This document shows, piece by piece, positions 26,850 to 41,499 of a stretch of DNA of 64,000 nucleotides (position 1 is its first letter; each line of letters starts with the position of its first letter). This DNA comes from the human T2T-CHM13v2.0 reference genome, Homo sapiens. Both the position numbers and the translations under genes were made by a program. The stretch is taken from the NCBI RefSeq assembly GCF_009914755.1, contig NC_060933.1; one strand, 5' to 3'. Below the pieces are notes generated by a model that searched no databases, was not told where the DNA came from, and worked only from the letters and a program-made list of their open reading frames with translations.

Positions 26850-29800
26850 ACATTCCCTTCCATGATTGATTCCATTCCATTCCATTCCATTTCATTCCAT
26901 TGCAATCCATTCCAATCCATTCCATTCCATTCCATTCCGCTCGAGTTGACTTCATTCCATTCCTTTCCATTCCATTCCATTCCTTTCCACTCGAGTTGAT
27001 TCCATTCCATTCCAATCCATTGCATTCCATTCCATGCCATTCCACTCGGGTTGATTCCATTCCTTTGCATTCCATTCCATTCCATTCCATTCCATTCCAA
27101 TCCATTCCATTCCGTTGCATTCCATTCCATTACATTCGAATTGATTCTATTCAACTCCCTTACTCTCCATTACATACCATTCCATTCGGGTTGTTCCATT
27201 CCATTCCATTCCATTCCACTCCATTCCATTGCACTCGTGTTGATTCCATTCCATTCCATTCCATTCCATTCCATTCCATTCCATTCCGGATGATTCCATT
27301 CCATTGCATTCCGTTCCATTACATTCCCCTGCACTCGCGTTGATTCCATTCCATTCCATTCCATTCCATTCCATTCAATTCCATTCCATTACAATTCGTT
27401 CCATTCCATTCTATTCCGTACCATTCCATTCCATTCCATACCATTCCATTCCATTCCATTCCATTCCATTCCATTCCGTTCCATTCTGTTCCATTCCATT
27501 CCATTCCATTCTATTCGGGTTAATCCCATTCCATTCCATTCCTTTCCATTCTATTCCATTCCATTGCAATCGAGTTGAATCCATTGCATTTCATTCCATT
27601 CCATTCCATTCCATTCCGGAAGATTCCATTCCATTGCATTCCATTCCATGCCATTCCCCTGCACTCGCGTTGATTCCATTCCATTCCATTCCATTCCATT
27701 CCATTCCATTCCTTTCCTTTCTGTTCCGTTCCCTTCCCTTCCATTCCATTCCATTCCATTCCGTTCCGTTCCATTCCATTCCATTCCATTCTATTCGGGT
27801 TAATTCCATTCCATTCCATTCGATTGCAATCGTGTTGATTCCATTCCATTCCATTCCATTCCATTCCATTCCTTTCCATTCCATTACGGATGATTCCATT
27901 CCATTGCATTCCATTCCATTCCATTCCCCTGTACTCGGGTTGATTCCATTCCATTGCATTCCAATCCATGCCCTTCCACTCGTGTTGATTCCATTCTTTC
28001 CATTCCATTCAAGTTGAATCCATTCCATTGCATTCCATTCCATTTGATTCCATTCGATTGCACTCGGGTTGATTCCATTCCATTGCATTCCATTCCATTC
28101 CATTCCATTCCATTCCATTCCGTTCCATTCCATTCCATTACATTCGGATTGATTCTATTCAATTCCCTTACACTCCATTACATTCCATTCCATTCGGGTA
28201 GTTTCCATTCCATTCCATTCCATTCCTCTCCATTCCATTGCACTCGGGTTGATTCCATTCCATTGCATTCCATTCCATTACATTCAATTCCATTCCGTTC
28301 CATTCCATTCCATTACATTCGGATTGATTCTATTCAACTCCCTTACTCTCCATTACATTCCATTCCATTCGGGCTGTTCCATTCCATTCCATTCCATTCC
28401 ACTCCATTCCATTGCACTCGGGTTTATTCCATTCCATTCCATTCCATTCCATTCCGGAAGATTCGATTCCATTGCATTCCATTCCATTCCATTCCCCTGC
28501 ACTCGCGTTGATTCCATTCCATTCCATTCCATTCCATTCCATTCCATTCCATTCCATTCCATTCCATTCCTTTCCCTTCCATTCCATTCCATTCCATTCC
28601 ATTCCAATCCATTCCATTGCAATCGAGTTGATTCCATTCCATTCCATTCCATTCCGTTCCGGATGATTCCTTTCCATTCCATTCCATTCCATTCCATTCC
28701 ATTCCATTCCATTCCCCTGCAGTCGGGTTGATTCCATTCCATTCCATCCCATTCCATTCCATTCCATTCCATTCCGTTCCATTCCATTCCATTACATTCG
28801 GATTGATTCTATTCAATTCCCTTACACTCCATTACATTCCATTCCATTCGGGTAGTTTCCATTCCATTCCATTCCATTCCTCTCCATTCCATTGCACTCG
28901 GGTTGATTCCATTCCATTGCATTCCATTCCATTCCATTCTATTCTATTCCGTTCCATTCCATTCCATTACATTCGGATTGATTCTATTCAACTCCCTTAC
29001 TCTCCATTACATTCCATTCCATTCGGGTTGTTCCATTCCATTGCACTCGGGTTGATTCCATTCCATTCCATTCCATTCCATTCCATTCCATTCCATTCCG
29101 GAAGATTCCATTCCATTGCATTCCATTCCATTCCATTCCCCTGCACTCGCGTTGATTCCATTCTATTCCATTCTATTCCATTCCATTCCCTTCCTTTCCG
29201 TTCCATTCCATTCCATTCCATTCCATTCCATTGCATTCCATTCCATTCCGTTCCGTTCCATTCCATTCCATTCCATTCTATTCGGGTTAATTCCATTCAA
29301 TTCCATTCGATTGCAACCAATTTTTTTCCATTCCATTCCATTCCATTCCATTCCATTCCATTCCATTCCATTCCATTCCTTTCCATTCCATTACGGATGA
29401 TTCCATTCCATTGCATTCCATTCCATTCCATTCCCCTGTACTCGGGTTGATTCCATTCCATTCCATTCCAATCCATGCCATTCCACTCGTGTTGATTCCA
29501 TTCTTTCCATTCCATTTAAGTTGAATACATTCCATTGCATTCCATTCCATTCGATTCCATTCGATTGCACTCGGGTTGATTCCATTCCATTGCATTCCAT
29601 TCCATCCCATTTCATTCCATTCCATTCCTTTCCATTCCATTCCATTCCATTGCAATCGAGTTGATTCCATTCCATTCCTTTCCATTCGATTCCATTTCCT
29701 TGCATTCCACTCGGGTTGATTCCATTCCCTTCTTTCCACTCCATTACATTCCCTTCCATTCCACTCGGAATGATTGATTCCATTCCATTCCATTCCATTT

Positions 29801-32800
29801 CATTCCATTGCAATCCATTCCAATCCATTCCATTATATTCCATTCCACTCGAGTTGATTTCATTCCATTCCTTTCCATTCCATTCCATTCCTTTCCACTC
29901 GAGTTGATTCCATTCCATTCCATTCCATTGCATTCCATTCCATGCCATTCCACTCGGGTTGATTCCATTCCATTCCATTCCATTCCATTCCATTCCATTG
30001 CATTCCATTCCATTCCTTTCCCCTGCACTCGGGTTGATTCCTTTCCTTTCCATTCCATTTAATTCCATTCCATTCCATTCCATTCCATTCCAATCCGTTC
30101 CATTCCATTCCATTCTATTCCACTGCAATCGACTTGATTCCATTCCATTCCATTCTATTCCATTTCATTCCATTCCATTCCATTCCATTCCATTTTGTTC
30201 CAATCCATTCTATTCTGAACCATTCCATTCCATTCCATTCCGTTCCGTTCCATTCCATTCCATTCCATTCCATTCCGTTCCGTTCCATTCCATTCCATTC
30301 CATTCTATTCGGGTTAATTCCATTCCATTCCATTCGATTGCCATCGAGTTGATTCCATTCCATTCCATTCCTTTCCATTCCATTACGGATGACTCCATTC
30401 CATTGCATTCCATTCCATTCCAATCCCCTGTACTCGGGTAGATTCCATTCCATTCCATTCCACTCCATTCGGTTCCGTTGCATTCCATTCTATTGAATTC
30501 CATTCTATTCGGGTTAATTCCATTCCATTCTATTCCATTCCATTCCATTCCATTCCATTGCAATGGAGTTGATTCCATTCCATTCCATTCCATTCCGGAT
30601 GATTCCATTCCATTGCATTACATTCCATTCCATTCCCCTGCACTCGTGTTGATTGCATTCCCTTCCATTCCATTCCATTCCGTTCCATTCCATTCCATTC
30701 CATTCTATTCCGGTTAATTCCATTCCATTCCATTGCATTCCATTCCATTCCATTGCAATCGAGTTGATTCCATTCCATTCCTTTCCATTCCATTCCATTG
30801 CCTTGCATTCCACTCGGGTTGATTCCATTCCCTTTTTTCCACTCCATTACATTCCCTTCCATGATTGATTCCATTCCATTCCATTCCATTTCATTCCATT
30901 GCAATCCATTCCAATCCATTCCATTCCATTCCATTCCGCTCGAGTTGACTTCATTCCATTCCTTTCCATTGCATTCCATTCCTTTCCACTCGAGTTGATT
31001 CCATTCCATTCCAATCCATTGCATTCCATTCCATGCCATTCCACTCGGGTTGATTCCATTCCTTTGCATTCCATTCCATTCCATTCCATTCCATTCCAAT
31101 CCATTCCATTCCGTTGCATTCCATTCCATTACATTCGAATTGATTCTATTCAACTCCCTTACTCTCCATTACATTCCATTCCATTCGGGTTGTTCCATTC
31201 CATTCCATTCCATTCCACTCCATTCCATTGCACTCGTGTTGATTCCATTCCATTCCATTCCATTCCATTCCATTCCATTCCATTCCATTCCGGATGATTC
31301 CATTCCATTGCATTCCGTTCCATTACATTCCCCTGCACTCGCGTTGATTCCATTCCATTCCATTCCATTCCATTGCATTCCATTCCATTCAATTCCATTC
31401 CATTACAATTCGTTCCATTCCATTCTATTCCGTACCATTCCATTCCATTCCATACCATTCCATTCCATTCCATTCCATTCCATTCCATTCCGTTCCATTC
31501 TGTTCCATTCCATTCCATTCCATTCTATTCGGGTTAATCCCATTCCATTCCATTCCTTTCCATTCTATTCCATTCCATTGCAATCGAGTTGAATCCATTG
31601 CATTTCATTCCATTCCATTCCATTCCATTCCGGAAGATTCCATTCCATTGCATTCCATTCCATGCCATTCCCCTGCACTCGCGTTGATTCCATTCCATTC
31701 CATTCCATTCCATTCCATTCCATTCCATTCCATTCCATTCCATTCCTTTCCTTTCTGTTCCGTTCCCTTCCATTCCATTCCATTCCATTCCATTCCGTTC
31801 CGTTCCATTCCATTCCATTCCATTCTATTCGGGTTAATTCCATTCCATTCCATTCGATTGCAATCGTGTTGATTCCATTCCATTCCATTCCATTCCATTC
31901 CATTCCTTTCCATTCCATTACGGATGATTCCATTCCATTGCATTCCATTCCATTCCATTCCCCTGTACTCGGGTTGATTCCATTCCATTGCATTCCAATC
32001 CATGCCCTTCCACTCGTGTTGATTCCATTCTTTCCATTCCATTCAAGTTGAATCCATTCCATTGTATTCCATTCCATTCGATTCCATTCGATTGCACTCG
32101 GGTTGATTCCATTCCATTGCATTCCATTCCATTCCATTCCATTCCGTTCCATTCCATTCCATTACATTCGGATTGATTCTATTCAATTCCCTTACACTCC
32201 ATTACATTCCATTCCATTCGGGTAGTTTCCATTCCATTCCATTCCATTCCTCTCCATTCCATTGGACTCGTGTTGATTCCATTCCATTGCATTCCATTCC
32301 ATTCCATTCAATTCCATTCCGTTCCATTCCATTCCATTACATTCGGATTGACTCTATTCAACTCCCTTACTCTCCATTCCATTCCATTCCATTCGGGTTG
32401 TTCCATTCCATTCCATTCCATTCCACTCCACTCCATTGCACTCGGGTTTATTCCATTCCATTCCATTCCATTCCATTCCATTCCATTCCATTCCATTCCG
32501 GAAGATTCCATTCCATTGCATTCCATTCCATTCCATTCCCCTGCACTCGCGTTGATTCCATTCCATTCCATTCCATTCCATTCCGTTCCGTTCCATTCCA
32601 CTCCATTCCATTCCATTCCATTCCTTTCCTTTCCATTCCATTCCATTCCATTCTATTCGGGTTAATTCCATTCCATTCCATTCGATTGCAATCGAGTTGA
32701 TTCCATTCCATTGCATTCCATTCCATTCGATTCCATTCGATTGCACTCGGGTTGATTCCATTCCTTTGCATTCCATTCCATTCCATTCCAATCCATTCCA

Positions 32801-35800
32801 TTCCATTCCATTCCGTTCCATTCCTTTCCATTACATTCGGATTGATTCTATTCAATTCCCTTACACTCCATTACATTCCATTCCATTCGGGTAGTTTCCA
32901 CTCCATTCCATTCCATTCCTCTCCATTCCATTGCACTCGGGTTGATTCCATTCCATTGCATTCCATTCCATTCCATTCAATTTCATTCCATTCCATTCCT
33001 CTCCATTCCATTGCACTCGGGTTGATTCCATTCCATTGCATTCCATTCCATTCCATTCAATTACATTCCGTTCCATTCCATTCCATTACATTCGGATTGA
33101 TTCTATTCAACTCCCTTACTCTCCATTACATTCCATTCCATTCGGGTTGTTCCATTCCATTCCATTCCATTCCACTCCATTCCATTGCACTCTGGTTTAT
33201 TCCATTCCATTCCATTCCATTCCATTCCATTCCGGAAGATTCCATTCCATTGCATTCCATTACATTCCATTCCCCTGCACTCGCGTTGATTCCATTCCAT
33301 TCCATTCCATTCCATTCCATTCCATTCCATTCCGTTCCGTTCCGTCCCATTCAATTCCATTCCATTCTATTCGGGTTAATTCCATTCCATTCCATTCTAT
33401 TGCAATCGTGTTGATTCCATTCCATTCCATTCCATTCCATTCCTTTCCATTCCATTACGGATGATTCCATTCCATTGCATTCCATTCCATTCCATTCCCC
33501 TGTACTAGGGTTGATTCCATTCCATTGCATTCCAATCCATGCCCTTCCACTCGTGTTGATTCCATTCTTTCCATTCCATTCAAGTTGAATCCATTCCATT
33601 GCATTCCATTCCATTCGATTCCATTCGATTGCACTCGGGTTGATTCCATTCCATTGCATTCCATTCCATTCAATTCAATTCCATTCCATTCCATTCCGTT
33701 CCATTCCGTTCCATTACATTCGGATTGATTCTATTCAATTCCCTTACACTCCATTACATTCCATTCCATTCGGGTAGTTTCCATTCCATTCCATTCCATT
33801 CCCCTCCATTCCATTGCACTCGGGTTGATTCCATTCCATTGTATTCCATTCCATTCCATTCAATTCCATTCCGTTCCATTCCATTCCATTACTTTCGGAT
33901 TGATTCTGTTCAACTCCCTTACTCTCCGTTACATTCCATTCCATTCGGGTTGTTCCATTCCATTCCATTCCATTCCACTCCATTCCATTGCACTCGGGTT
34001 TATTCCATTCCATTCCATTCCATTCCATTCCATTCCATTCCGGAAGATTCCATTCCATTGCATTCCATTCCATTCCATTCCCCTGCACTCGCGTTGATTC
34101 CATTGCATTCCATTCCATTCCATTCCATTCCATTCCATTCCTTTCCTTTCCATTCCATTCCATTTCATTCCATTCCATTCCGTTCCGTTCCGTTCCGTTC
34201 CGTTCCGTTCCGTTCCATTCCATTCCAATCCATTCTATTCAGGTTAATTCCATTCCATTCCATTCGACTGAAATCGAGTTGATTCCATTCCATTCTATTC
34301 CATTCCATTCCATTCCATTCCATTCCATTCCATTCCTTTCCATTCCATTACGGATGATTCCATTCCATTGCATTCCATTCCAATCCATTCCGCTGTACTC
34401 GGGTTGATTCCATTCCATTCCATTCCAATCCATGCCATTCCACTCGTGTTGATTCCATTTTTTCCATTCCATTCAAGTTGAATCCATTCCATTGCATTCC
34501 ATTCCATTCCATTCCCCTGCAGTCGGGTTGATTCCATTCCATTCCATTCCATTCCTTTCCATTCCATTCCATTCCGTTCCGTTCCGATCCATTCCATTCC
34601 ATTCCATTCCATTCTATTCGGGTTAATTCCATTCCATTCCATTCCATTCCATTCCATTCCATTCCATTCCAATCGAGTTGATTCCATTCCATTCCATTCC
34701 ATTCCATTCCACTCCATTCCAGTCCTTTCCATTCCATTCCACTCGGGTTGATTCCAATGTATTCCTTTCCATTCCATTCCATTCCATTGCAATCAAGTTG
34801 ATTCCATTGCTTTGCATTCCATTCCATTCCATTCCATTCCGGATGATTCCATTCCATTGCATTCCATTCCATTCCATTCCCCTGCACTCGGGTTGATTCC
34901 ATTCCATTCCATTCCGTTCCATTCCATTCCATTCCATTCCAATCCTTTCCATTCCATTACGTATGATTCCATTCCATTGCATTCCATTCCATTCCATTCC
35001 CCTGTACTCGGGTTGATTCCATTCCATTGCATTCCAATCCATGCCCTTCCACTCGTGTTGATTCCATTCTTTCCATTCCATTCAATTTGAATCCATTCCA
35101 TTGCATTCCATTCCATTTGATTCCATTCGATTGCACTCGGGTTGATTCCATTCCAGTGCATTCCATTCCATTCCATTCCATTCCATTCCATTCCGTTCCA
35201 TTCCATTCCATTACATTCGGATTGATTCTATTCAATTCCCTTACACTCCATTACATTCCATTCCATTCGGGTAGTTTCCATTCCATTCCATTCCATTCCT
35301 CTCCATTCCATTGCACTCGGGTTGATTCCATTCCATTGCATTCCATTCCATTCCATTCAATTCCATTCCGTTCCATTCCATTCCATTACATTCGGATTGA
35401 TTCTATTCAACTCCCTTACTCTCCATTACATTCCATTCCATTCGGGCTGTTCCATTCCATTCCATTCCATTGCACTCGGGTTTATTCCATTCCATTCCAT
35501 TCCATTCCATTCCATTCCATTCCGGAAGATTCGATTCCATTGCATTCCATTCCATTCCATTCCCCTGCACTCGCGTTGATTCCATTCCATTCCATTCCAT
35601 TCCATTCCATTCCATTCCATTCCATTCCATTCCATTCCTTTCCCTTCCATTCCATTCCATTCCATTCCATTCCATTCCATTCCATTGCAATCGAGTTGAT
35701 TCCATTCCATTCCATTCCATTCCGTTCCGGATGATTCCTTTCCATTCCATTCCATTCCATTCCATTCCATTCCATTCCATTCCCCTGCAGTCGGGTTGAT

Positions 35801-38800
35801 TCCATTCCATTCCATCCCATTCCATTCCATTCCATTCCATTCCGTTCCATTCCATTCCATTACATTCGGATTGATTCTATTCAATTCCCTTACACTCCAT
35901 TACATTCCATTCCATTCCGGTAGTTTCCATTCCATTCCATTCCATTCCTCTCCATTCCATTGCACTCGGGTTGATTCCATTCCATTGCATTCCATTCCAT
36001 TCCATTCTATTCTATTCCTTTCCATTCCATTCCATTACATTCGGATTGATTCTATTCAACTCCCTTACTCTCCATTACATTCCATTCCATTCGGGTTGTT
36101 CCATTCCATTGCACTCGGGTTGATTCCATTCCATTCCATTCCATTCCATTCCATTCCATTCCATTCCGGAAGATTCCATTCCATTGCATTCCATTCCATT
36201 CCATTCCCCTGCACTCGCGTTGATTCCATTCTATTCCATTCTATTCCATTCCATTCCCTTCCTTTCCGTTCCATTCCATTCCATTCCATTCCATTCCATT
36301 GCATTCCATTCCATTCCGTTCCGTTCCATTCCATTCCATTCCATTCTATTCGGGTTAATTCCATTCAATTCCATTCGATTGCAACCAATTTTTTTCCATT
36401 CCATTCCATTCCATTCCATTCCATTCCATTCCATTCCTTTCCATTCCATTACGGATGATTCCATTCCATTGCATTCCATTCCATTCCATTCCCCTGTACT
36501 CGGGTTGATTCCATTCCATTCCATTCCAATCCATGCCATTCCACTCGTGTTGATTCCATTCTTTCCATTCCATTTAAGTTGAATCCATTCCATTGCATTC
36601 CATTCCATTCGATTCCATTCGATTGCACTCGGGTTGATTCCATTCCATTGCATTCCATTCCATCCCATTTCATTCCATTCCATTCCTTTCCATTCCATTC
36701 CATTCCATTGCAATCGAGTTGATTCCATTCCATTCCTTTCCATTCGATTCCATTTCCTTGCATTCCACTCGGGTTGATTCCATTCCCTTCTTTCCACTCC
36801 ATTACATTCCCTTCCATTCCACTCGGAATGATTGATTCCATTCCATTCCATTCCATTTCATTCCATTGCAATCCATTCCAATCCATTCCATTATATTCCA
36901 TTCCACTCGAGTTGATTTCATTCCATTCCTTTCCATTCCATTCCATTCCTTTCCACTCGAGTTGATTCCATTCCATTCCATTCCATTGCATTCCATTCCA
37001 TGCCATTCCACTCGGGTTGATTCCATTCCATTCCATTCCATTCCATTCCATTCCATTGCATTCCATTCCATTCCTTTCCCCTGCACTCGGGTTGATTCCT
37101 TTCCTTTCCATTCCATTTAATTCCTTTCCATTCCATTCCATTCCATTCCATTCCAATCCGTTCCATTCCATTCCATTCTATTCCACTGCAATCGACTTGA
37201 TTCCATTCCATTCCATTCTATTCCATTTCATTCCATTCCATTCCATTCCATTCCATTTTGTTCCAATCCATTCTATTCTGAACCATTCCATTCCATTCCA
37301 TTCCGTTCCGTTCCATTCCATTCCATTCCATTCCATTCCGTTCCGTTCCATTCCATTCCATTCCATTCTATTCGGGTTAATTCCATTCCATTCCATTCGA
37401 TTGCCATCGAGTTGATTCCATTCCATTCCATTCCTTTCCATTCCATTACGGATGACTCCATTCCATTGCATTCCATTCCATTCCAATCCCCTGTACTCGG
37501 GTAGATTCCATTCCATTCCATTCCACTCCATTCGGTTCCGTTGCATTCCATTCTATTGAATTCCATTCTATTCGGGTTAATTCCATTCCATTCTATTCCA
37601 TTCCATTCCATTCCATTCCATTGCAATGGAGTTGATTCCATTCCATTCCATTCCATTCCGGATGATTCCATTCCATTGCATTCCATTCCATTCCATTCCC
37701 CTGCACTCGTGTTGATTGCATTCCCTTCCATTCCATTCCATTCCGTTCCATTCCATTCCATTCCATTCTATTCCGGTTAATTCCATTCCATTCCATTGCA
37801 TTCCATTCCATTCCATTGCAATCGAGTTGATTCCATTCCATTCCTTTCCATTCCATTCCATTGCCTTGCATTCCACTCGGGTTGATTCCATTCCCTTTTT
37901 TCCACTCCATTACATTCCCTTCCATGATTGATTCCATTCCATTCCATTCCATTTCATTCCATTGCAATCCATTCCAATCCATTCCATTCCATTCCATTCC
38001 GCTCGAGTTGACTTCATTCCATTCCTTTCCATTCCATTCCTTTCCTTTCCACTCGAGTTGATTCCATTCCATTCCAATCCATTGCATTCCATTCCATGCC
38101 ATTCCAGTCGGGTTGATTCCATTCCTTTGCATTCCATTCCATTCCATTCCATTCCATTCCAATCCATTCCAGTCCGTTGCATTCCATTCCATTACATTCG
38201 AATTGATTCTATTCAACTCCCTTACTCTCCATTACATTCCATTCCATTCGGGTTGTTCCATTCCATTCCATTCCATTCCACTCCATTCCATTGCACTCGT
38301 GTTGATTCCATTCCATTCCATTCCATTCCATTCCATTCCATTCCGGATGATTCCATTCCATTGCATTCCGTTCCATTACATTCCCCTGCACTCGTGTTGA
38401 TTCCATTCCATTCCATTCCATTCCATTCCATTCAATTCCATTCCATTACAATTCGTTCCATTCCATTCTATTCCGTACCATTCCATTCCATTCCATACCA
38501 TTCCATTCCATTCCATTCCATTCCATTCCATTCCATTCCGTTCCATTCTGTTCCATTCCATTCCATTCCATTCTATTCGGGTTAATCCCATTCCATTCCA
38601 TTCCTTTCCATTCTATTCCATTCCATTGCAATCGAGTTGAATCCATTGCATTTCATTCCATTCCATTCCATTCCATTCCGGAAGATTCCATTCCATTGCA
38701 TTCCATTCCATGCCATTCCCCTGCACTCGCGTTGATTCCATTCCATTCCATTCCATTCCATTCCATTTCATTCCATTCCATTCCTTTCCTTTCTGTTCCG

Positions 38801-41190
38801 TTCCCTTCCCTTCCATTCCATTCCATTCCATTCCGTTCCGTTCCATTCCATTCCATTCCATTCTATTCGGGTTAATTCCATTCGATTCCATTCGATTGCA
38901 ATCGTGTTGATTCCATTCCATTCCATTCCATTCCATTCCATTCCTTTCCATTCCATTACGGATGATTCCATTCCATTGCATTCCATTCCATTCCATTCCC
39001 CTGTACTCGGGTTGATTCCATTCCATTGCATTCCAATCCATGCCCTTCCACTCGTGTTGATTCCATTCTTTCCATTCCATTCAAGTTGAATCCATTCCAT
39101 TGCATTCCATTCCATTTGATTCCATTCGATTGCACTCGGGTTGATTCCATTCCATTGCATTCCATTCCATTCCATTCCATTCCATTCCATTCCGTTCCAT
39201 TCCATTCCATTACATTCGGATTGATTCTATTCAATTCCCTTACACTCCATTACATTCCATTCCATTCGGGTAGTTTCCATTCCATTCCATTCCATTCCTC
39301 TCCATTCCATTGCACTCGGGTTGATTCCATTCCATTGCATTCCATTCCATTCCATTCAATTCCATTCCGTTCCATTCCATTCCATTATATTCGGATTGAT
39401 TCTATTCAACTCCCTTACTCTCCATTACATTCCATTCCATTCGGGCTGTTCCATTCCATTCCATTCCATTCCACTCCATTCCATTGCACTCGGGTTTATT
39501 CCATTCCATTCCATTCCATTCCATTCCATTCCATTCCATTCCGGAAGATTCGATTCCATTGCATTCCGTTCCATTCCATTCCCCTGCACTCGCGTTGATT
39601 CCATTCCATTCCATTCCATTCCATTCCATTCCATTCCATTCCATTCCATTCCATTCCATTCCTTTCCCTTCCATTCCATTCCATTCCATTCCATTCCATT
39701 CCATTCCATTGCAATCGAGTTGATTCCATTCCATTCCATTCCATTCCGTTCCGGATGATTCCTTTCCATTCCATTCCATTCCATTCCATTCCATTCCATT
39801 CCATTCCCCTGCAGTCGGGTTGATTCCATTCCATTCCATCCCATTTCATTCCATTCCATTCCATTCCGTTCCATTCCATTCCATTACATTCGGATTGATT
39901 CTATTCAATTCCCTTACACTCCATTACATTCCATTCCATTCGGGTAGTTTCCATTCCATTCCATTCCATTCCTCTCCATTCCATTGCACTCGGGTTGATT
40001 CCATTCCATTGCATTCCATTCCATTCCATTCTATTCTATTCCGTTCCATTCCATTCCATTACATTCGGATTGATTCTATTCAACTCCCTTACTCTCCATT
40101 ACATTCCATTCCATTCGGGTTGTTCCATTCCATTGCACTCGGGTTGATTCCATTCCATTCCATTCCATTCCATTCCATTCCATTCCATTCCGGAAGATTC
40201 CATTCCATTGCATTCCATTCCATTCCATTCCCCTGCACTCGCGTTGATTCCATTCTATTCCATTCTATTCCATTCCATTCCCTTCCTTTCCGTTCCATTC
40301 CATTCCATTCCATTCCATTCCATTCCATTCCTTTCCATTCCATTACGGATGATTCCATTCAATTGCATTCCATTCCATTCCATTCCCCTGTACTCGGGTT
40401 GATTCCATTCCATTCCATTCCAATCCATGCCATTCCACTCGTGTTGATTCCATTCTTTCCATTCCATTTAAGTTGAATCCATTCCATTGCATTCCATTCC
40501 ATTCGATTCCATTCGATTGCACTCGGGTTGATTCCATTCCATTGCATTCCATTCCATCCCATTTCATTCCATTCCCTTCCTTTCCATTCCATTCCATTCC
40601 ATTGTAATCGAGTTGATTCCATTCCATTCCTTTCCATTCGATTCCATTTCCTTGCATTCCACTCGGGTTGATTCCATTCCCTTCTTCCCACTCCATTACA
40701 TTCCCTTCCATTCCACTCGGAATGATTGATTCCATTCCATTCCATTCCATTTCATTCCATTGCAATCCATTCCAATCCATTCAATTATATTCCATTCCAC
40801 TCGAGTTGATTTCATTCCATTCCTTTCCATTCCATTCCATTCCTTTCCACTCGAGTTGATTCCATTCCATTCCATTCCATTGCATTCCATTCCATGCCAT
40901 TCCACTCGGGTTGATTCCATTCCATTCCATTCCATTCCATTCCATTCCATTCCATTGCATTCCATTCCATTCCTTTCCCCTGCACTCGGGTTGATTCCTT
41001 TCCTTTCCATTCCATTTAATTCCATTCCATTCCATTCCATTCCATTCCAATCCGTTCCATTCCATTCCATTCTATTCCACTGCAATCGACTTGATTCCAT
41101 TCCATTCCATTCTATTCCATTTCATTCCATTCCATTCCATTCCATTCCATTTTGTTCCAATCCATTCTATTCTGAACCATTCCATTCCAT
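26850..41190 (+). repeat. ~4.0-kb tandem unit in three copies (26.86, 30.86, 37.92 kb); the middle copy carries a ~3.04-kb insert and the third is truncated
   Basis: CCATGATTGATT at ~26860/30859/37922; GCTCGAGTTGAC at ~26939/30938/38001; GAAGATTCGATT at 28457/35525/39544; GCAACCAATTTTTTT at 29313/36381; TTCTGAACC at ~30213/37277/41170. Confidence 0.85.
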
Positions 41191-41499
41191 TCCACTCCAT
41201 TCCATTGCATTCCATTCCATGCCATTCCACTCGGGTTGATTCCATTCCATTCCATTCCATTCCATTCCATTCCATACCATTCCGTTCCATTCCATTTCAT
41301 TACATTCATATTGATTCTATTCAATTCCCTTACACTCCATTATATTCCAATCCATTCTGGTTGTTTCCATTCCATTCCATTCCATTTCACTCCATTCCAT
41401 TGCACTCGGTTTGATTCCATTCCATTCCATTCCATTCCATTCCGGATGATTCCATTCCATGGCATTCCATTCCATTCCATTCCATTCCATTCCATTCCA

